A stretch of 64,000 nucleotides of DNA from Candidatus Daviesbacteria bacterium GW2011_GWA1_41_61 (GCA_000997385.1 LCBT01000003.1:128892-192891); one strand, 5' to 3'. Shown: positions 28,126-40,477, numbered from the stretch's first letter. A program made the numbers and translations. The notes: generated by a model not told the origin, from the sequence alone.

Positions 28126-29010
28126 ATGAAGGAATTTGATCAACAAGAAGCCCAGCTCTATAAGAATTTAGATGCCCTTAACGCGGTAGAAATCAACTAT
28201 GCATTTTCTCCTCGTAAGTTTGGCAATATGGCTTTTCCTTATGGGGAGATGACGGAAGTTATAGCCAACCGAAGACGTTTTTTAGCGGCTGCAGGTATGA
28301 CTTTAGAAGACGTGGTTTTTATGAGACCTGTTCATAAGGTTAATATTGAAGTTGTAGGATTAAAAGATAAAGGAAAAGGATCTTTAGAAGCATCTTCGGC
28401 AATTCTTTCAACTGATGCGCTGATCACGACCGATAAAGGAGTGGGGTTGGCTTTAAATGCTGCTGATTGCGCCCCAGTAATTTTAACAAATCGCCAAGCT
28501 GAATTCCTTGCTTTATATCATGCCGGTAGAGAAGGGAGTGATTTACAAATCGGCCATCTGGTAATTACTCGGCTCAAAAGGATGGGTTTTACCAATCTTG
28601 ATGATTTTGTGGCTGGCATAGGTCCAGCTATAGGTAAATGTTGCTACAGACAGCAATACCTTCAAACTCATACCCCTGATCCTTGGCTTCCCTACTTAAG
28701 CTGTGGAGATAGTAATAGTACTTGTATTGTGGAAAGAATTAATAATTTAGAACCTCCCTTGTATAAGGTCAGAGCTGAAGATGCTAGCTCAAAACTTTAC
28801 CTAGATATTAATGGTTTTAATAGAGCTCAACTTATAACGGCAGGAGTTCTGGAGAGTAATATCGCAGTGTCGACTTGCTGTACATCCTGTGATGCGGAAA
28901 GAGATTTAATTTTTTCCCATGTTGTCTCTGCTCGTTATGTAAGTACTCAAAAAGCTTCTGCCTTTCCTGAGGGACGGTTTATGGCGGTAGCAATACTAAA
29001 AGAAGATTAA
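28126..29010 (+). CDS. pgeF: YfiH/PgeF-family (laccase-domain) protein
   Basis: PVH, DALIT, ADCAPV, HAGR, GPAIGKCCY, GRF. Confidence 0.82.
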   Translation: MKEFDQQEAQLYKNLDALNAVEINYAFSPRKFGNMAFPYGEMTEVIANRRRFLAAAGMTLEDVVFMRPVHKVNIEVVGLKDKGKGSLEASSAILSTDALITTDKGVGLALNAADCAPVILTNRQAEFLALYHAGREGSDLQIGHLVITRLKRMGFTNLDDFVAGIGPAIGKCCYRQQYLQTHTPDPWLPYLSCGDSNSTCIVERINNLEPPLYKVRAEDASSKLYLDINGFNRAQLITAGVLESNIAVSTCCTSCDAERDLIFSHVVSARYVSTQKASAFPEGRFMAVAILKED

Positions 29011-29312
29011 GGATTTTCCTCTTCTTGCCAAGCAGGAGGTAGCTCTATGCCTTTGAAACCTACCGGATCAATGGTCGCACTGTAGCTTCCCCTTGCACCA
29101 ACCCGGACATCAATTCTGGTACAGCCGTTTTCTCCTACTTGCAGAAATTCCCTATCTTGAATCCGGACAATTTTGCTACCCTGCCAAACAACTCCTTCTC
29201 CACGTGTAGTTTGGCCACTTTTAGCTCTTTTGACAATAGCAATCTCTAACTCTTGCAGGCTTTCTATATTTCCATAAGGAATGGATTCAGTAAATAGTTC
29301 GGTTTCAGTCAT
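29007..29312 (-). CDS. Hypothetical protein
   Basis: 101-aa ORF starting 2 nt after the gyrB stop. Confidence 0.6.
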   Translation of the reverse strand: MTETELFTESIPYGNIESLQELEIAIVKRAKSGQTTRGEGVVWQGSKIVRIQDREFLQVGENGCTRIDVRVGARGSYSATIDPVGFKGIELPPAWQEEENP

Positions 29313-29314
29313 AT

Positions 29315-31279
<1,965 letters not shown>

Positions 31280-31360
31280 TTACCAGTTTGGGTCAAATAT
31301 TGCAAGTTTGGGTTGATAAATTAGATTACTAGAAAGCTCTAAACTCCCTCTAAATATCCT

Positions 31361-32050
31361 CTATTGTTTAAGCTGGGGCAGCTTTAATATTAAGTATTCC
31401 AAGACGGCCCTGATATTAACATTTTGTTTAGCCCATCTTTGGGCTTGGATAAGTTCTTTTAGATAGCTATGAAGTTGTTGATGTGTCCACCTGGAAGGTG
31501 GACTGGTATTGACACCTGAAGGGTGGTCTAGAAGTTGGTTTCTAAAGTAAGTGGTTAAAGTTTTTAAAAACTCCCCTCTCTCTTTTAGTTTTTCTATAAA
31601 AACAAAACGTTCTTCCACAGAAGATTCTAAGAGTTTTTCAATACTTTTGACATCTTTTTCAGTTAAGGTTTTTTGCTGATCTTCAGAAGATTCTAAGAAA
31701 AAGGTTTGGCAACGGGATAAAATAGTAGGCAGCAGTTGATCTTCCGAAGAGACCCCTAAGATAATTAAAGCTTCCCCTGGTGGTTCTTCCAAAGTTTTTA
31801 GCAAAGCATTTTGGGCATCTAAAGTTAAATTTTCAGCTGCTATTAAAACCACCGCCTGGCTGCCCCCGTGATATGGCTTTAAACTTAAAAATTCTTTAAT
31901 CTGTCTAACCTGCTCTATCCCCAACTTATCCTCTTCATCAAACCACAATAGATTAAGATGGTTTCTGGAAAGCCCCTTAGATTCTAAGACCTTTTCTGCT
32001 GCAAATCGTCTTTTTAAAACTTCAGGATGGATTAATAAATGAGGAACCAT
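31361..32050 (-). CDS. holB: DNA polymerase III delta-prime-like subunit (short form)
   Basis: IEQVR, AQNALLKTLEEPP, LLPTILSRC. Confidence 0.85.
   Translation of the reverse strand: MVPHLLIHPEVLKRRFAAEKVLESKGLSRNHLNLLWFDEEDKLGIEQVRQIKEFLSLKPYHGGSQAVVLIAAENLTLDAQNALLKTLEEPPGEALIILGVSSEDQLLPTILSRCQTFFLESSEDQQKTLTEKDVKSIEKLLESSVEERFVFIEKLKERGEFLKTLTTYFRNQLLDHPSGVNTSPPSRWTHQQLHSYLKELIQAQRWAKQNVNIRAVLEYLILKLPQLKQ
31485..31525. repeat. Pair of CACC-N5-GGTG mini-palindromes in-frame in holB
   Basis: GTCCACCTGGAAGGTGGAC and CACCTGAAGGGTG. Confidence 0.65.
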
Positions 32051-32105
32051 TTGATGTGATTATATCACTAGGTTTGTTTAATGATTTACGTTTCTACATG
32101 TTGCG

Positions 32106-32126
32106 TTCCCACATGGAGTGTGGGAA
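32106..32126. repeat. Intergenic palindrome
   Basis: TTCCCACA-TGGAG-TGTGGGAA. Confidence 0.7.
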
Positions 32127-32158
32127 GCCAAACTTTGGAAATTATGGGAAGACCCTGA

Positions 32159-32216
32159 TTGACACTTCTAATCTAATCTGTTGATAATAGAAGTAGGCCT
32201 TTTTTGAAAAGGCCTA
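32159..32216 (+). promoter_or_regulatory. pilB promoter and 5' UTR hairpin
   Basis: TTGACA-N18-GATAAT, then TAGGCCTTTT-TTG-AAAAGGCCTA. Confidence 0.55.
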
Positions 32217-32223
32217 TCTGCCT

Positions 32224-33924
32224 ATGCAGCCAGACCAACTTGGAATTGAAGATATCCTCTTTAAACAAGGGCTAATTAATGCTAACCAGCTTTCAGCTGT
32301 TAAATTGGAATCCATCAACAGCGGTAAATCTACGGAAAGGATTATTCAGGAACATCAATTAGTTTCTGCCGCTAAATTTTATTCTGCTAGGGCGCAGCTT
32401 TTAGGTGTTTCTTTTATTGATTTGGAAGGTAAGGCTATCCCTACCGAAGTTTTGGATCTAGTGCCGGAAGCAGCAGCCAGCCGTTACCATATCATTCCCT
32501 TTGATCGAAAAGACGATAAGTTATTTGTAGCTATGGTAGACCCATTGGACTTACAGATTATTCAATTCATTGAGAAAAAATCCGGTCTTTTTATCAAACC
32601 TTATCTGGCAGCCCTTGGGGATATTACCAAAGCTATTAATGATCAGTATTCCCAAAATTTAACTTCTGATGTGACCTCAGCTTTAAAGGAGGTTACAGAC
32701 TTAAAAAAGGGTGAAGAAGACCAAACTGCTGATAAAGCTGAAGTAATTAGGGAAGCCCCGGTGGCCAATATCATTACCCAGCTTTTAGAATATGCTGTTA
32801 AATCCCGGGCTTCCGACATTCACGTTGAACCATTGGAAGATAAAACCCGGGTGAGGTACAGAATTGACGGCATTTTGCATGAGAAGATTATTCTTCCCCG
32901 GGGTGTTCATGATGCTTTGGTTTCCCGGATCAAGATCCTCTCCAGTTTAAAAATTGAAGAAAAAAGACTTCCTCAAGACGGCAGGTTTAGTTACATCTCC
33001 AGTAAACATGTTTATGACTTACGTATCTCTACTGTTCCGACTGTTTTCGGGGAAAAAGTTGTCATGAGGCTTTTGCCTAAAAGCAGCGTTGCTCCCACTT
33101 TGCAGGAGTTGGGTCTTCGCGGTTCAGCTTTAAGAACCTTAGAAACTCAAATCACCCGTCCTCACGGTATTATTTTAATCTGCGGTCCAACTGGCTCCGG
33201 TAAAACCACCACCCTCTATTCCATTTTAACGAAGCTGTCAACCACCAGGGTAAATATTTTAACTATTGAGGATCCGGTAGAGTACCAAATCCTTGGGACC
33301 AACCAGGTTCAGGTTAACCCTCAAATTGGTTTGACTTTTGCTTCAGCTCTGCGTTCTTTCTTACGTCAAGATCCGAACATCATGTTAGTGGGAGAGGTCC
33401 GTGATACGGAGACAGCTGAGTTAGCTATCCAGGCAGCTTTGACCGGCCACCAGGTATTTTCTACCTTGCACACCAATACTGCTTCCGGATCCTTACCCAG
33501 ACTTTTGGATATGGGGGTAGAATCTTTTCTCTTAGCATCCTCCATCAACGCTGCAGTGGGACAAAGGATTTTGCGCCAGATTTGTCCCGGCTGTAAGGTG
33601 TCTTTTGATCCGCCGCCTGAGGTGGCAGACAACATTAGGCGGGTTTTGGGGAGGTTAGTTCCGGAGAACCAACCGATTAAACTTTATAAAGGTAGTGGAT
33701 GTGAACAATGCGGACATCTTGGATATCTGGGCCGGATTGGTATCTTTGAGGTTTTGTCTCTTTCTCCGAAGATTATGCAGTTGGTTTTAGAAAGATCTTC
33801 TGCCAAAGAGATTGAAGCAGTAGCTATCTCCGAAGGGATGATTACTTTAAAGCAGGATGGTTATATGAAAGTTTTAGAAGGGGTAACCACCTTGGAAGAG
33901 GTCCTGCGGGTTGCCGAAGACTAA
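32224..33924 (+). CDS. pilB: Type IV pilus assembly ATPase
   Basis: RASDIHVEP, RLPQDG, GPTGSGKTTT, EDPVEY, LRQDP, tetracysteine motif. Confidence 0.95.
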   Translation: MQPDQLGIEDILFKQGLINANQLSAVKLESINSGKSTERIIQEHQLVSAAKFYSARAQLLGVSFIDLEGKAIPTEVLDLVPEAAASRYHIIPFDRKDDKLFVAMVDPLDLQIIQFIEKKSGLFIKPYLAALGDITKAINDQYSQNLTSDVTSALKEVTDLKKGEEDQTADKAEVIREAPVANIITQLLEYAVKSRASDIHVEPLEDKTRVRYRIDGILHEKIILPRGVHDALVSRIKILSSLKIEEKRLPQDGRFSYISSKHVYDLRISTVPTVFGEKVVMRLLPKSSVAPTLQELGLRGSALRTLETQITRPHGIILICGPTGSGKTTTLYSILTKLSTTRVNILTIEDPVEYQILGTNQVQVNPQIGLTFASALRSFLRQDPNIMLVGEVRDTETAELAIQAALTGHQVFSTLHTNTASGSLPRLLDMGVESFLLASSINAAVGQRILRQICPGCKVSFDPPPEVADNIRRVLGRLVPENQPIKLYKGSGCEQCGHLGYLGRIGIFEVLSLSPKIMQLVLERSSAKEIEAVAISEGMITLKQDGYMKVLEGVTTLEEVLRVAED

Positions 33925-33975
33925 GGAGAACTCTTGCAAAAAAATAATCTATTACCAATAATAGAAGTATAGGGC

Positions 33976-35028
33976 ATGAATATTCAGCAGTTATTAGAAT
34001 TGACTATTGCCAGAAACGCTTCCGACCTTCACTTAGTGGTAGGTTATCCTCCGATGCTGCGGATAAATGGCGAGCTTTCTCCGGTGATGGAACAATCCTT
34101 AGTTGATGGGGATATTGCCGGTTTGATTTTGGCGATGCTGACTCCTGGTCAAAAACAGGCCTTTGATAATAATATGGAGTTAGATTTTGCTTTGGCTTTT
34201 CAAGACCGGGGCCGATTCAGGGTGAATGTTTTCCGCCAGCAAGGCCATCTAACAGCAGCTTTTAGATTGATCCCGGTTAATATTCCTGAGGTGGACAGTT
34301 TAGGCCTTCCTCCGGCTGCTTTAAAACTGGTTAATCTTCGCCAAGGTTTTATTTTAGTGACCGGTCCTACCGGTCATGGCAAGTCAACTACTTTGGCGGC
34401 GATGATTAACCGGGTTAATCAAACTCGGCCCGCCCATATCTTAACTATTGAAGATCCGATTGAGTATATTTATCCTAAGGCTAAAGGTTTGGTCAGTCAG
34501 AGAGAGCTGTTAGTAGATACCAAATCCTGGGCCAATTCTTTAAGGTCAGCTTTAAGGGAGGATCCGGATGTGGTGCTGGTAGGTGAGATGCGGGACTATG
34601 AAACTATCGCCACTGCCTTGACTATTGCTGAAACCGGCCACTTAGTCTTGGCAACACTTCATACTAACTCGGCGGCCCAAACGGTTGACCGGATTATTGA
34701 TGTCTTTCCGGAAAATCAACAAGCCCAAATCCGTATCCAGCTGGCAGCGACACTCGAGGCAGTCATCTCTCAACGTCTGATCCCCACCATTTCTCCGGGC
34801 CGGATTTTAGCCACTGAGCTTCTGTTGAAAACTCCGGCTGTTTCTTCTTTAATCAGAGAGTCTAAAAGCTATATGATTGATAATTTAATACAAACTTCGG
34901 GAGAGCTGGGGATGGTCAGTTTAGAGACCTCCCTAGCCAGACTGGTGAAAGAAGGTCAGGTTGCTTTAGAAACAGCTCAAAATTACACCTTAAGACCTGA
35001 TGTATTAGTTAAATTGGTGGGGCTTTAA
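33976..35028 (+). CDS. pilT: Type IV pilus retraction ATPase
   Basis: ASDLHL, GRFRVN, GPTGHGKSTT, LREDPD, AETGH. Confidence 0.95.
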   Translation: MNIQQLLELTIARNASDLHLVVGYPPMLRINGELSPVMEQSLVDGDIAGLILAMLTPGQKQAFDNNMELDFALAFQDRGRFRVNVFRQQGHLTAAFRLIPVNIPEVDSLGLPPAALKLVNLRQGFILVTGPTGHGKSTTLAAMINRVNQTRPAHILTIEDPIEYIYPKAKGLVSQRELLVDTKSWANSLRSALREDPDVVLVGEMRDYETIATALTIAETGHLVLATLHTNSAAQTVDRIIDVFPENQQAQIRIQLAATLEAVISQRLIPTISPGRILATELLLKTPAVSSLIRESKSYMIDNLIQTSGELGMVSLETSLARLVKEGQVALETAQNYTLRPDVLVKLVGL

Positions 35029-35040
35029 AGATTTGAAACC

Positions 35041-36249
35041 ATGGCAGTTTTTACTTATGCAGCCAAAGATAACCTAGGTCAATATCATAAAGGAGAAGTT
35101 GAGGCTGCTAATGAATATCAAGCAGCTAATCTGGTAAGGCGTCAAAAACTGATCATCATCTCTTTAAAGTCCAAAACTGAAATTTCCAAAGGGTTTTTTT
35201 TAAACTTTTTTAACCGGGTTCCTTTTAGTGAAATTGTCGTTACCACCCGTCAGCTGGCAACTATGGTCGCTGCTGGTTTAGTTTTATCTGAAGCTTTAGA
35301 TATCTTAAAGGAGCAGCAAACTAATGCCAGGTTAAAAAAAGTTTTGGAATATATTTCGACTGATGTTAAAGGAGGACTCGATTTTGCCTCTTCCATAGAA
35401 AAATTCCCGGATGTTTTTCCCAACCTTTATGCTAAATTGGTCCGGGCTGGCCAAGCCTCCGGAAAGCTGGATATAGTTTTACAAGATTTAGCTACTACCT
35501 TGGAAAAGGAAAGAGAGTTTAAAAGTAAGGTTAAAGGAGCGATGATTTATCCCCTTGTGGTGGTAATAATGATGTTTGTGGTCATTGGGGTGATGGTCTT
35601 TTTTGTGATGCCTAGGCTTATGGGTTTATACAAAGAATCAGGAATTGAGTTGCCCCTCCCCACTAAGATAGTGATTGCCTTTACTGGCTTTATCAGCGGT
35701 TTTTGGTGGGCTATACTTTTGGCCTTGGTTTTAGTATTTTTGGTTACCAAAAAATACACCGCTACGGCGGAAGGCAGATACCATTTTGATCGTTTTATCT
35801 TAGAAACTCCCGTCTTAGGTAAAATTAGCCGTTTAATAGTACTGACCAATTTTACCAGAACTTTTTCTCTGCTTACAGCTTCCGGTCTATCAATCCTTGA
35901 TGCCATTAAAATTGTCAGCGATGTGGTGGGTAATAAAGTGTACCAAGAGGCTTTAAGCGTTTCTTACCGGGGGGTGGAAAGAGGGTTGCCCCTTTCGGGG
36001 CAGCTGCTAGGTCTGCCTATTTTCCCCAGGATTGTCGGTCAGATGGTTAAAACCGGGGAAGAAACAGGTAAATTGGATGAGGTGATGTCTAAGCTGGCCC
36101 AATATTTTGAGTCTGAATCAGAACACTCCTTAAAAAATATTACTACTTTAATAGAACCGATAGTGTTAATCGTTTTAGGTGTGGGGGTGGGGTTTTTAGT
36201 CATTTCCGTTATTATGCCGATTTATCAGTTGACAACCAATATTAAGTAA
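35041..36249 (+). CDS. pilC: Type IV pilus platform protein
   Basis: RQLATM..AG, AMIYP, GEETGKLD, LIEP. Confidence 0.95.
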   Translation: MAVFTYAAKDNLGQYHKGEVEAANEYQAANLVRRQKLIIISLKSKTEISKGFFLNFFNRVPFSEIVVTTRQLATMVAAGLVLSEALDILKEQQTNARLKKVLEYISTDVKGGLDFASSIEKFPDVFPNLYAKLVRAGQASGKLDIVLQDLATTLEKEREFKSKVKGAMIYPLVVVIMMFVVIGVMVFFVMPRLMGLYKESGIELPLPTKIVIAFTGFISGFWWAILLALVLVFLVTKKYTATAEGRYHFDRFILETPVLGKISRLIVLTNFTRTFSLLTASGLSILDAIKIVSDVVGNKVYQEALSVSYRGVERGLPLSGQLLGLPIFPRIVGQMVKTGEETGKLDEVMSKLAQYFESESEHSLKNITTLIEPIVLIVLGVGVGFLVISVIMPIYQLTTNIK

Positions 36250-36340
36250 ACTCAAATTTGAGTTATTTCGAGTACTTGACTGGAAGTTGTTTCTGTGGCA
36301 ACAATAATAATAGAGCAGAACAATTAGAGGGGGTGAAAAG

Positions 36341-36883
36341 ATGACTAAAAAATTTGCTAAGGGTTTTACTTTGGTGGAGCTTTTGATTGTTATTGCTATT
36401 ATTGCTATTTTGGCAGCTGTGGTGGTGCTGATTGTTAATCCTTTGGAGCTGACCAGAAGAAGCCGGGATTCAGCCCGTTTAACTGATTTGGCTAATATCC
36501 AACAGGCGATTAATATTTCGCTTCAGGAAGGATCAGCAGCCGGTCAGTTGTCACCAGCTTGTAATGATAACACTGCTACTGATGTGACTTGTACAGATAA
36601 CAGTGTCGCTGGGAGCAGGGCGGTTAATGGTACTGGTTGGGTGAAGATTAATTTTGCCGGCCAATCTAATGTCACGGTTCCGGTCTTATCAGTTGATCCG
36701 ACTAATAATACAACCACTGGTTACTATTACCGGTATTGCGGTAATGGGACTAACTGGAGGATCTTGACCAATTTGGAATCAGAGAAGGAAAAAGCCAGAG
36801 AGAGTGTTGATGGAGGTTTGGATGCTGCCCATTATGAGGTGGGTTCTGATTTAACTAGCACTTGGGCATTTTGTACTTGGTAA
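36341..36883 (+). CDS. pilA: Probable major type IV pilin
   Basis: KG|FTLVEL prepilin motif, own promoter and SD-like GAGGGGGTG. Confidence 0.8.
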   Translation: MTKKFAKGFTLVELLIVIAIIAILAAVVVLIVNPLELTRRSRDSARLTDLANIQQAINISLQEGSAAGQLSPACNDNTATDVTCTDNSVAGSRAVNGTGWVKINFAGQSNVTVPVLSVDPTNNTTTGYYYRYCGNGTNWRILTNLESEKEKARESVDGGLDAAHYEVGSDLTSTWAFCTW

Positions 36884-36886
36884 GAG

Positions 36887-37789
36887 ATGGTTATTGTGGG
36901 CTTTATAATTGGTACGGTTTTAGGAAGTTTTGTTGAGGCAGTCTCCAATAGGCTGATTAAACAAACTTCTATTTTAGGAAGGTCATACTGTGAGAAGTGT
37001 CGAAAAACACTTGCCTGGTATGACCTTTTTCCTGTTGTTTCTTACCTGCTTCTAAAAGGCAGATGCCGCTATTGCCAGAAAAAGATTCCCCGGCAAGCTT
37101 TAATAGTAGAAGCAGGAATGGGTTTGGCTGTGGCTTTACTTTTTGCACTAACAGCTCCCCGGTTTGAGATGTTGGTAAATTTTAATCAGCAGACTTTATT
37201 GTTGGGACTGGAACTTTTTTTTAAATTATTTGTAGTGTCTATTTTAGCCATTGTTTTTTTAGTGGATTTGAGAACCGGCTATATCTTTGATAAAGTAACT
37301 TATCCGGCGGTAGCTTTGTCTGGGCTTTTCCTGATTATCTCTACAGCAGCCAAAAGCTGGTTTTTTTATCAAGATAGTCTGAGCAGTTCCTTAGGTAAAT
37401 ACTTCCTTCCCCCCTACTCTAATTATGTGACAGATATTATCCAAAGGATGTGGCTTGCGGTAGGCTGGAGTTTTCTTTCTGCTGTAGCTTTAGCTTTGAT
37501 CTTTGTTCTACTGATATTGATAACCCGCGGTAAAGGCATGGGCTGGGGGGATGTGAAATATGTTTTATTTTTGGGGTTGGCTTTAGGCTTTCCTAATAAT
37601 TTAGTAGGCATATTTTTAGCTTTCTTTTTAGGAGCCATAGTTTCGGTTTTTTTAATCGCTTTTGGGAAGAAACATTTTGGACAAACCATCCCTTTTGGGC
37701 CTTTCCTAAGCTTAGGAGCTTATTTGGCTTTGCTCTTTGGTCCTCAGGTTTTAAACTCCTATCTTTCCAGCTTCAAATTGGGGTATTGA
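36887..37789 (+). CDS. pilD: Prepilin peptidase
   Basis: RSYCEKC, GRCRYC, VDL, GMGWGDVK, PFGPFL. Confidence 0.95.
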   Translation: MVIVGFIIGTVLGSFVEAVSNRLIKQTSILGRSYCEKCRKTLAWYDLFPVVSYLLLKGRCRYCQKKIPRQALIVEAGMGLAVALLFALTAPRFEMLVNFNQQTLLLGLELFFKLFVVSILAIVFLVDLRTGYIFDKVTYPAVALSGLFLIISTAAKSWFFYQDSLSSSLGKYFLPPYSNYVTDIIQRMWLAVGWSFLSAVALALIFVLLILITRGKGMGWGDVKYVLFLGLALGFPNNLVGIFLAFFLGAIVSVFLIAFGKKHFGQTIPFGPFLSLGAYLALLFGPQVLNSYLSSFKLGY

Positions 37790-37849
37790 CAGCTGTTTTA
37801 GTTTATGACAATACTAGATTAGAGCAAGAAAGTTTAAAGATTACTGCCC

Positions 37850-38341
37850 ATGACACAAAAGTTAATTGCTAAGAAAATTCAAAAAGCTACTCAAGGTTTT
37901 ACCCTCATTGAACTTTTAGTCGTAGTCTCCATTATTGCTATTTTGGCAGTAGTATCACTCTCACTATTTGGTAATGCTCAAAAGGTAGCCCGGGATGGAG
38001 TAAGAAGAGCAGAGATTAATGCCATTGCTAAATCATTTGAATCATCAAGAGATATCCCTAACGCAACATATCAATATAACACTACTTATTATAATAATGA
38101 TTTTGGTAACAGTAATCCGGCAGATCCCCTAGGAACAAGGAATTATTGCATAGGTATTAATACTACCGATACCACACCTCCAGCACCACCAGCAGCTTGG
38201 ACTTCTGGTTGTCCAGCAGCACCATTTAATAATGCTTTTAGTGATACTTGGACCATGGCAGCTGGGACAAGATCATGGACAGCTTGTGCTAGCTTGGAAG
38301 CCACTACTACTCCTTTCTGTATCAAGAGTATTATTAGATAA
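37850..38341 (+). CDS. Type IV pilin-like protein
   Basis: QG|FTLIEL. Confidence 0.9.
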   Translation: MTQKLIAKKIQKATQGFTLIELLVVVSIIAILAVVSLSLFGNAQKVARDGVRRAEINAIAKSFESSRDIPNATYQYNTTYYNNDFGNSNPADPLGTRNYCIGINTTDTTPPAPPAAWTSGCPAAPFNNAFSDTWTMAAGTRSWTACASLEATTTPFCIKSIIR

Positions 38342-38396
38342 CCTCCCTTAATTGACAGTTGATAGATTTAAGCCTTATGATGGAATTAACCTAAGG

Positions 38397-38861
38397 ATGA
38401 AAAGATTAAGTAGGGGTTTTTCCCTGATCGAACTTTTAATTGTTGTCAGCATCATTATCATTTTAATCACCATTGCGGTTTCTTCTTATTCCGGTTTTCA
38501 AAAAAATTCCCGCGATGTTAAAAGGCAAACTGATTTAAAGATTATCCAAAGCGCTTTGGAGCAGTATCATGCTGACCAAAGCTATTATGCCAGCAATTCT
38601 GCTATGGTTGCTGCTACCTTAAGCGGGCTTACAAGCGGTTTAAAGACGTATCTAAGGGTTTTCCCTAAAGATCCTAAGGCTGACAGTGACTTAACTTTTA
38701 AATACCTTTATGAAGCTTCCCCCTCGGGATGTCAAAATGATCCGGTATTAAAAAATTACTGCACCGGGTATCGGATGTGCGCTAAACTGGAAACTACTCC
38801 TTCCGGCAGTATTTGTTCTTTTGACGGCTCACTCAACTATGAGGTTACGCCTCAACTCTAG
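38397..38861 (+). CDS. Type IV pilin/PulG-like protein
   Basis: RG|FSLIEL, RD.KR..DL..IQSALEQY, PKDP; start moved to ATG 38397. Confidence 0.9.
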   Translation: MKRLSRGFSLIELLIVVSIIIILITIAVSSYSGFQKNSRDVKRQTDLKIIQSALEQYHADQSYYASNSAMVAATLSGLTSGLKTYLRVFPKDPKADSDLTFKYLYEASPSGCQNDPVLKNYCTGYRMCAKLETTPSGSICSFDGSLNYEVTPQL

Positions 38862-38882
38862 CAACTCTTTTCCCGATGTGAT

Positions 38883-39371
38883 ATGTTAGATTTAATGCCT
38901 TACTCTAGAGGTTTTACCATATTAGAACTTTTAGTGGTTATCTCTATCATGATACTGCTTAGCGTGCTGGGACTTTCTGTTTATGGCAATGCTCAAAAAA
39001 ACAACCGGGATCAAGCCCGCCTGCTGGATCTAAATACTATTAGTCAATATTTAGAGCTTTACCGCCATGATCAACTTTATTACCCTCAAAACTTTAATCC
39101 ATCTATTGATAACCAATTGCAGGCTCCGGATGGTCGGGTTTATTCCGATGATATACCCAAAGATGTCGATGCCAACCGCAAATATGTTTACAGTGCTGCA
39201 GATTGTGTTACCGTAGGTGGCCAGACTAAATGTTACAGTTATATTCTTTGTGCCAAACAGGAAGGAGGCATGACTTTTACTGATCCTTTAGTGGGGAGTG
39301 TCAAGTGTAGCGACCTAACTTGTGGCAGCTCCCCCGCTTACACTTGTACCATGGGGGTTTCATCTGATTAA
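38883..39371 (+). CDS. Type IV pilin/PulG-like protein
   Basis: RG|FTILEL, RD.AR..DL. Confidence 0.9.
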   Translation: MLDLMPYSRGFTILELLVVISIMILLSVLGLSVYGNAQKNNRDQARLLDLNTISQYLELYRHDQLYYPQNFNPSIDNQLQAPDGRVYSDDIPKDVDANRKYVYSAADCVTVGGQTKCYSYILCAKQEGGMTFTDPLVGSVKCSDLTCGSSPAYTCTMGVSSD

Positions 39372-39372
39372 T

Positions 39373-39957
39373 ATGGCTGAATGTTTAACTGTCAGAAAAA
39401 AAGGCTTTACCCTTTTGGAGTTGATGTTGGTAATCGGTATTATCGCCGGACTAGTGGCTTTAATCTTGCCTAAAATGAATAATTTTCAAAAGTACCAAAA
39501 ACTTGATGATACTGCCCAGCAACTGCAGTCCCATATCCGTCTGGCCCAAAATCAGGCTTCAAGCGGGGTTAAATGCCTCTCCGGAGCCCGGGCTAAGAAC
39601 TGGTCTTTGGTACTGGAGAATACCCGCAGTTATAAAATAGTCCCTCAATGCACCGACGGGACGGACAAACCAACGACCGTCTATTCTTTACCTGCCGAAA
39701 CAGAGATATTAACTTTAGAGGTTGTTACCGCAGCCGGCAGTTGCAGCGATACAAGCAAAGTTTTTGCCGGGTATTCACTGATCTTTGATAATATTACCGC
39801 CGATACCAATTTTAATATCCCCGAGGTTTCCCCTTGCTTCAGTTATACTGCCCAGCCGGTTAAAAACCTTGGTGTGTTTTTAACGCTCTCTGCCTTACCA
39901 ACTGAATTTACTTCAGTAGTGGTTCAAAAGGGTGGCGGTATTTATGTCAGCAACTAA
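39373..39957 (+). CDS. Minor pilin (FimT/GspH-like)
   Basis: KG|FTLLEL, L...AQQL...IRLAQ..A; start moved to ATG 39373. Confidence 0.85.
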   Translation: MAECLTVRKKGFTLLELMLVIGIIAGLVALILPKMNNFQKYQKLDDTAQQLQSHIRLAQNQASSGVKCLSGARAKNWSLVLENTRSYKIVPQCTDGTDKPTTVYSLPAETEILTLEVVTAAGSCSDTSKVFAGYSLIFDNITADTNFNIPEVSPCFSYTAQPVKNLGVFLTLSALPTEFTSVVVQKGGGIYVSN

Positions 39958-40477
39958 AATGATGAGAAAACAGTTGGGACAAAGTCTGGTTGAAGTTTTA
40001 ATTGCCTTAGTAGTGGTGACAATACTGTCTTCGGCTTTGATTGTTGCCATTATTACTGGTTTAAAAAATTCCCAATTTGCCCAAAAACAGACTCAGGCAA
40101 CCAAATACGCCCAGGATGCTATGGATAGAATCAGGACCATTAGGGATAGGGACGGTAATGTAACATTTAAGGGTACGACCGCCACCTTTTCCGCTTTGTG
40201 GAATATGAATATGTCATACCCGACTAATTGTAATGGTCCCTGCTATTTTAAATTAGTTGACACAGGGGGTGAGATTTCTCTTACTGATAGTGGAGTAAGT
40301 TCTTCTTACTGGGAGAGTTTAGGAGAAAGTTTATCCCGGCAGATTATCTTTGAAGATATATCTACGGGAACTCCTCCGCTTTATCAAAGTGAGAAGGATC
40401 TAACTGTCAGAGTTAAATGGACAGATACCAGCGGGGACCATGAATCATACCTGCAGACTACTTTAACTAAATACTGA
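39932..40477 (+). CDS. Minor pilin (PilV-like), set 1
   Basis: G|QSLVEV, AQDAMD.IR, VRVKW; true start probably near 39959-39962. Confidence 0.8.
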   Translation: MAVFMSATKMMRKQLGQSLVEVLIALVVVTILSSALIVAIITGLKNSQFAQKQTQATKYAQDAMDRIRTIRDRDGNVTFKGTTATFSALWNMNMSYPTNCNGPCYFKLVDTGGEISLTDSGVSSSYWESLGESLSRQIIFEDISTGTPPLYQSEKDLTVRVKWTDTSGDHESYLQTTLTKY

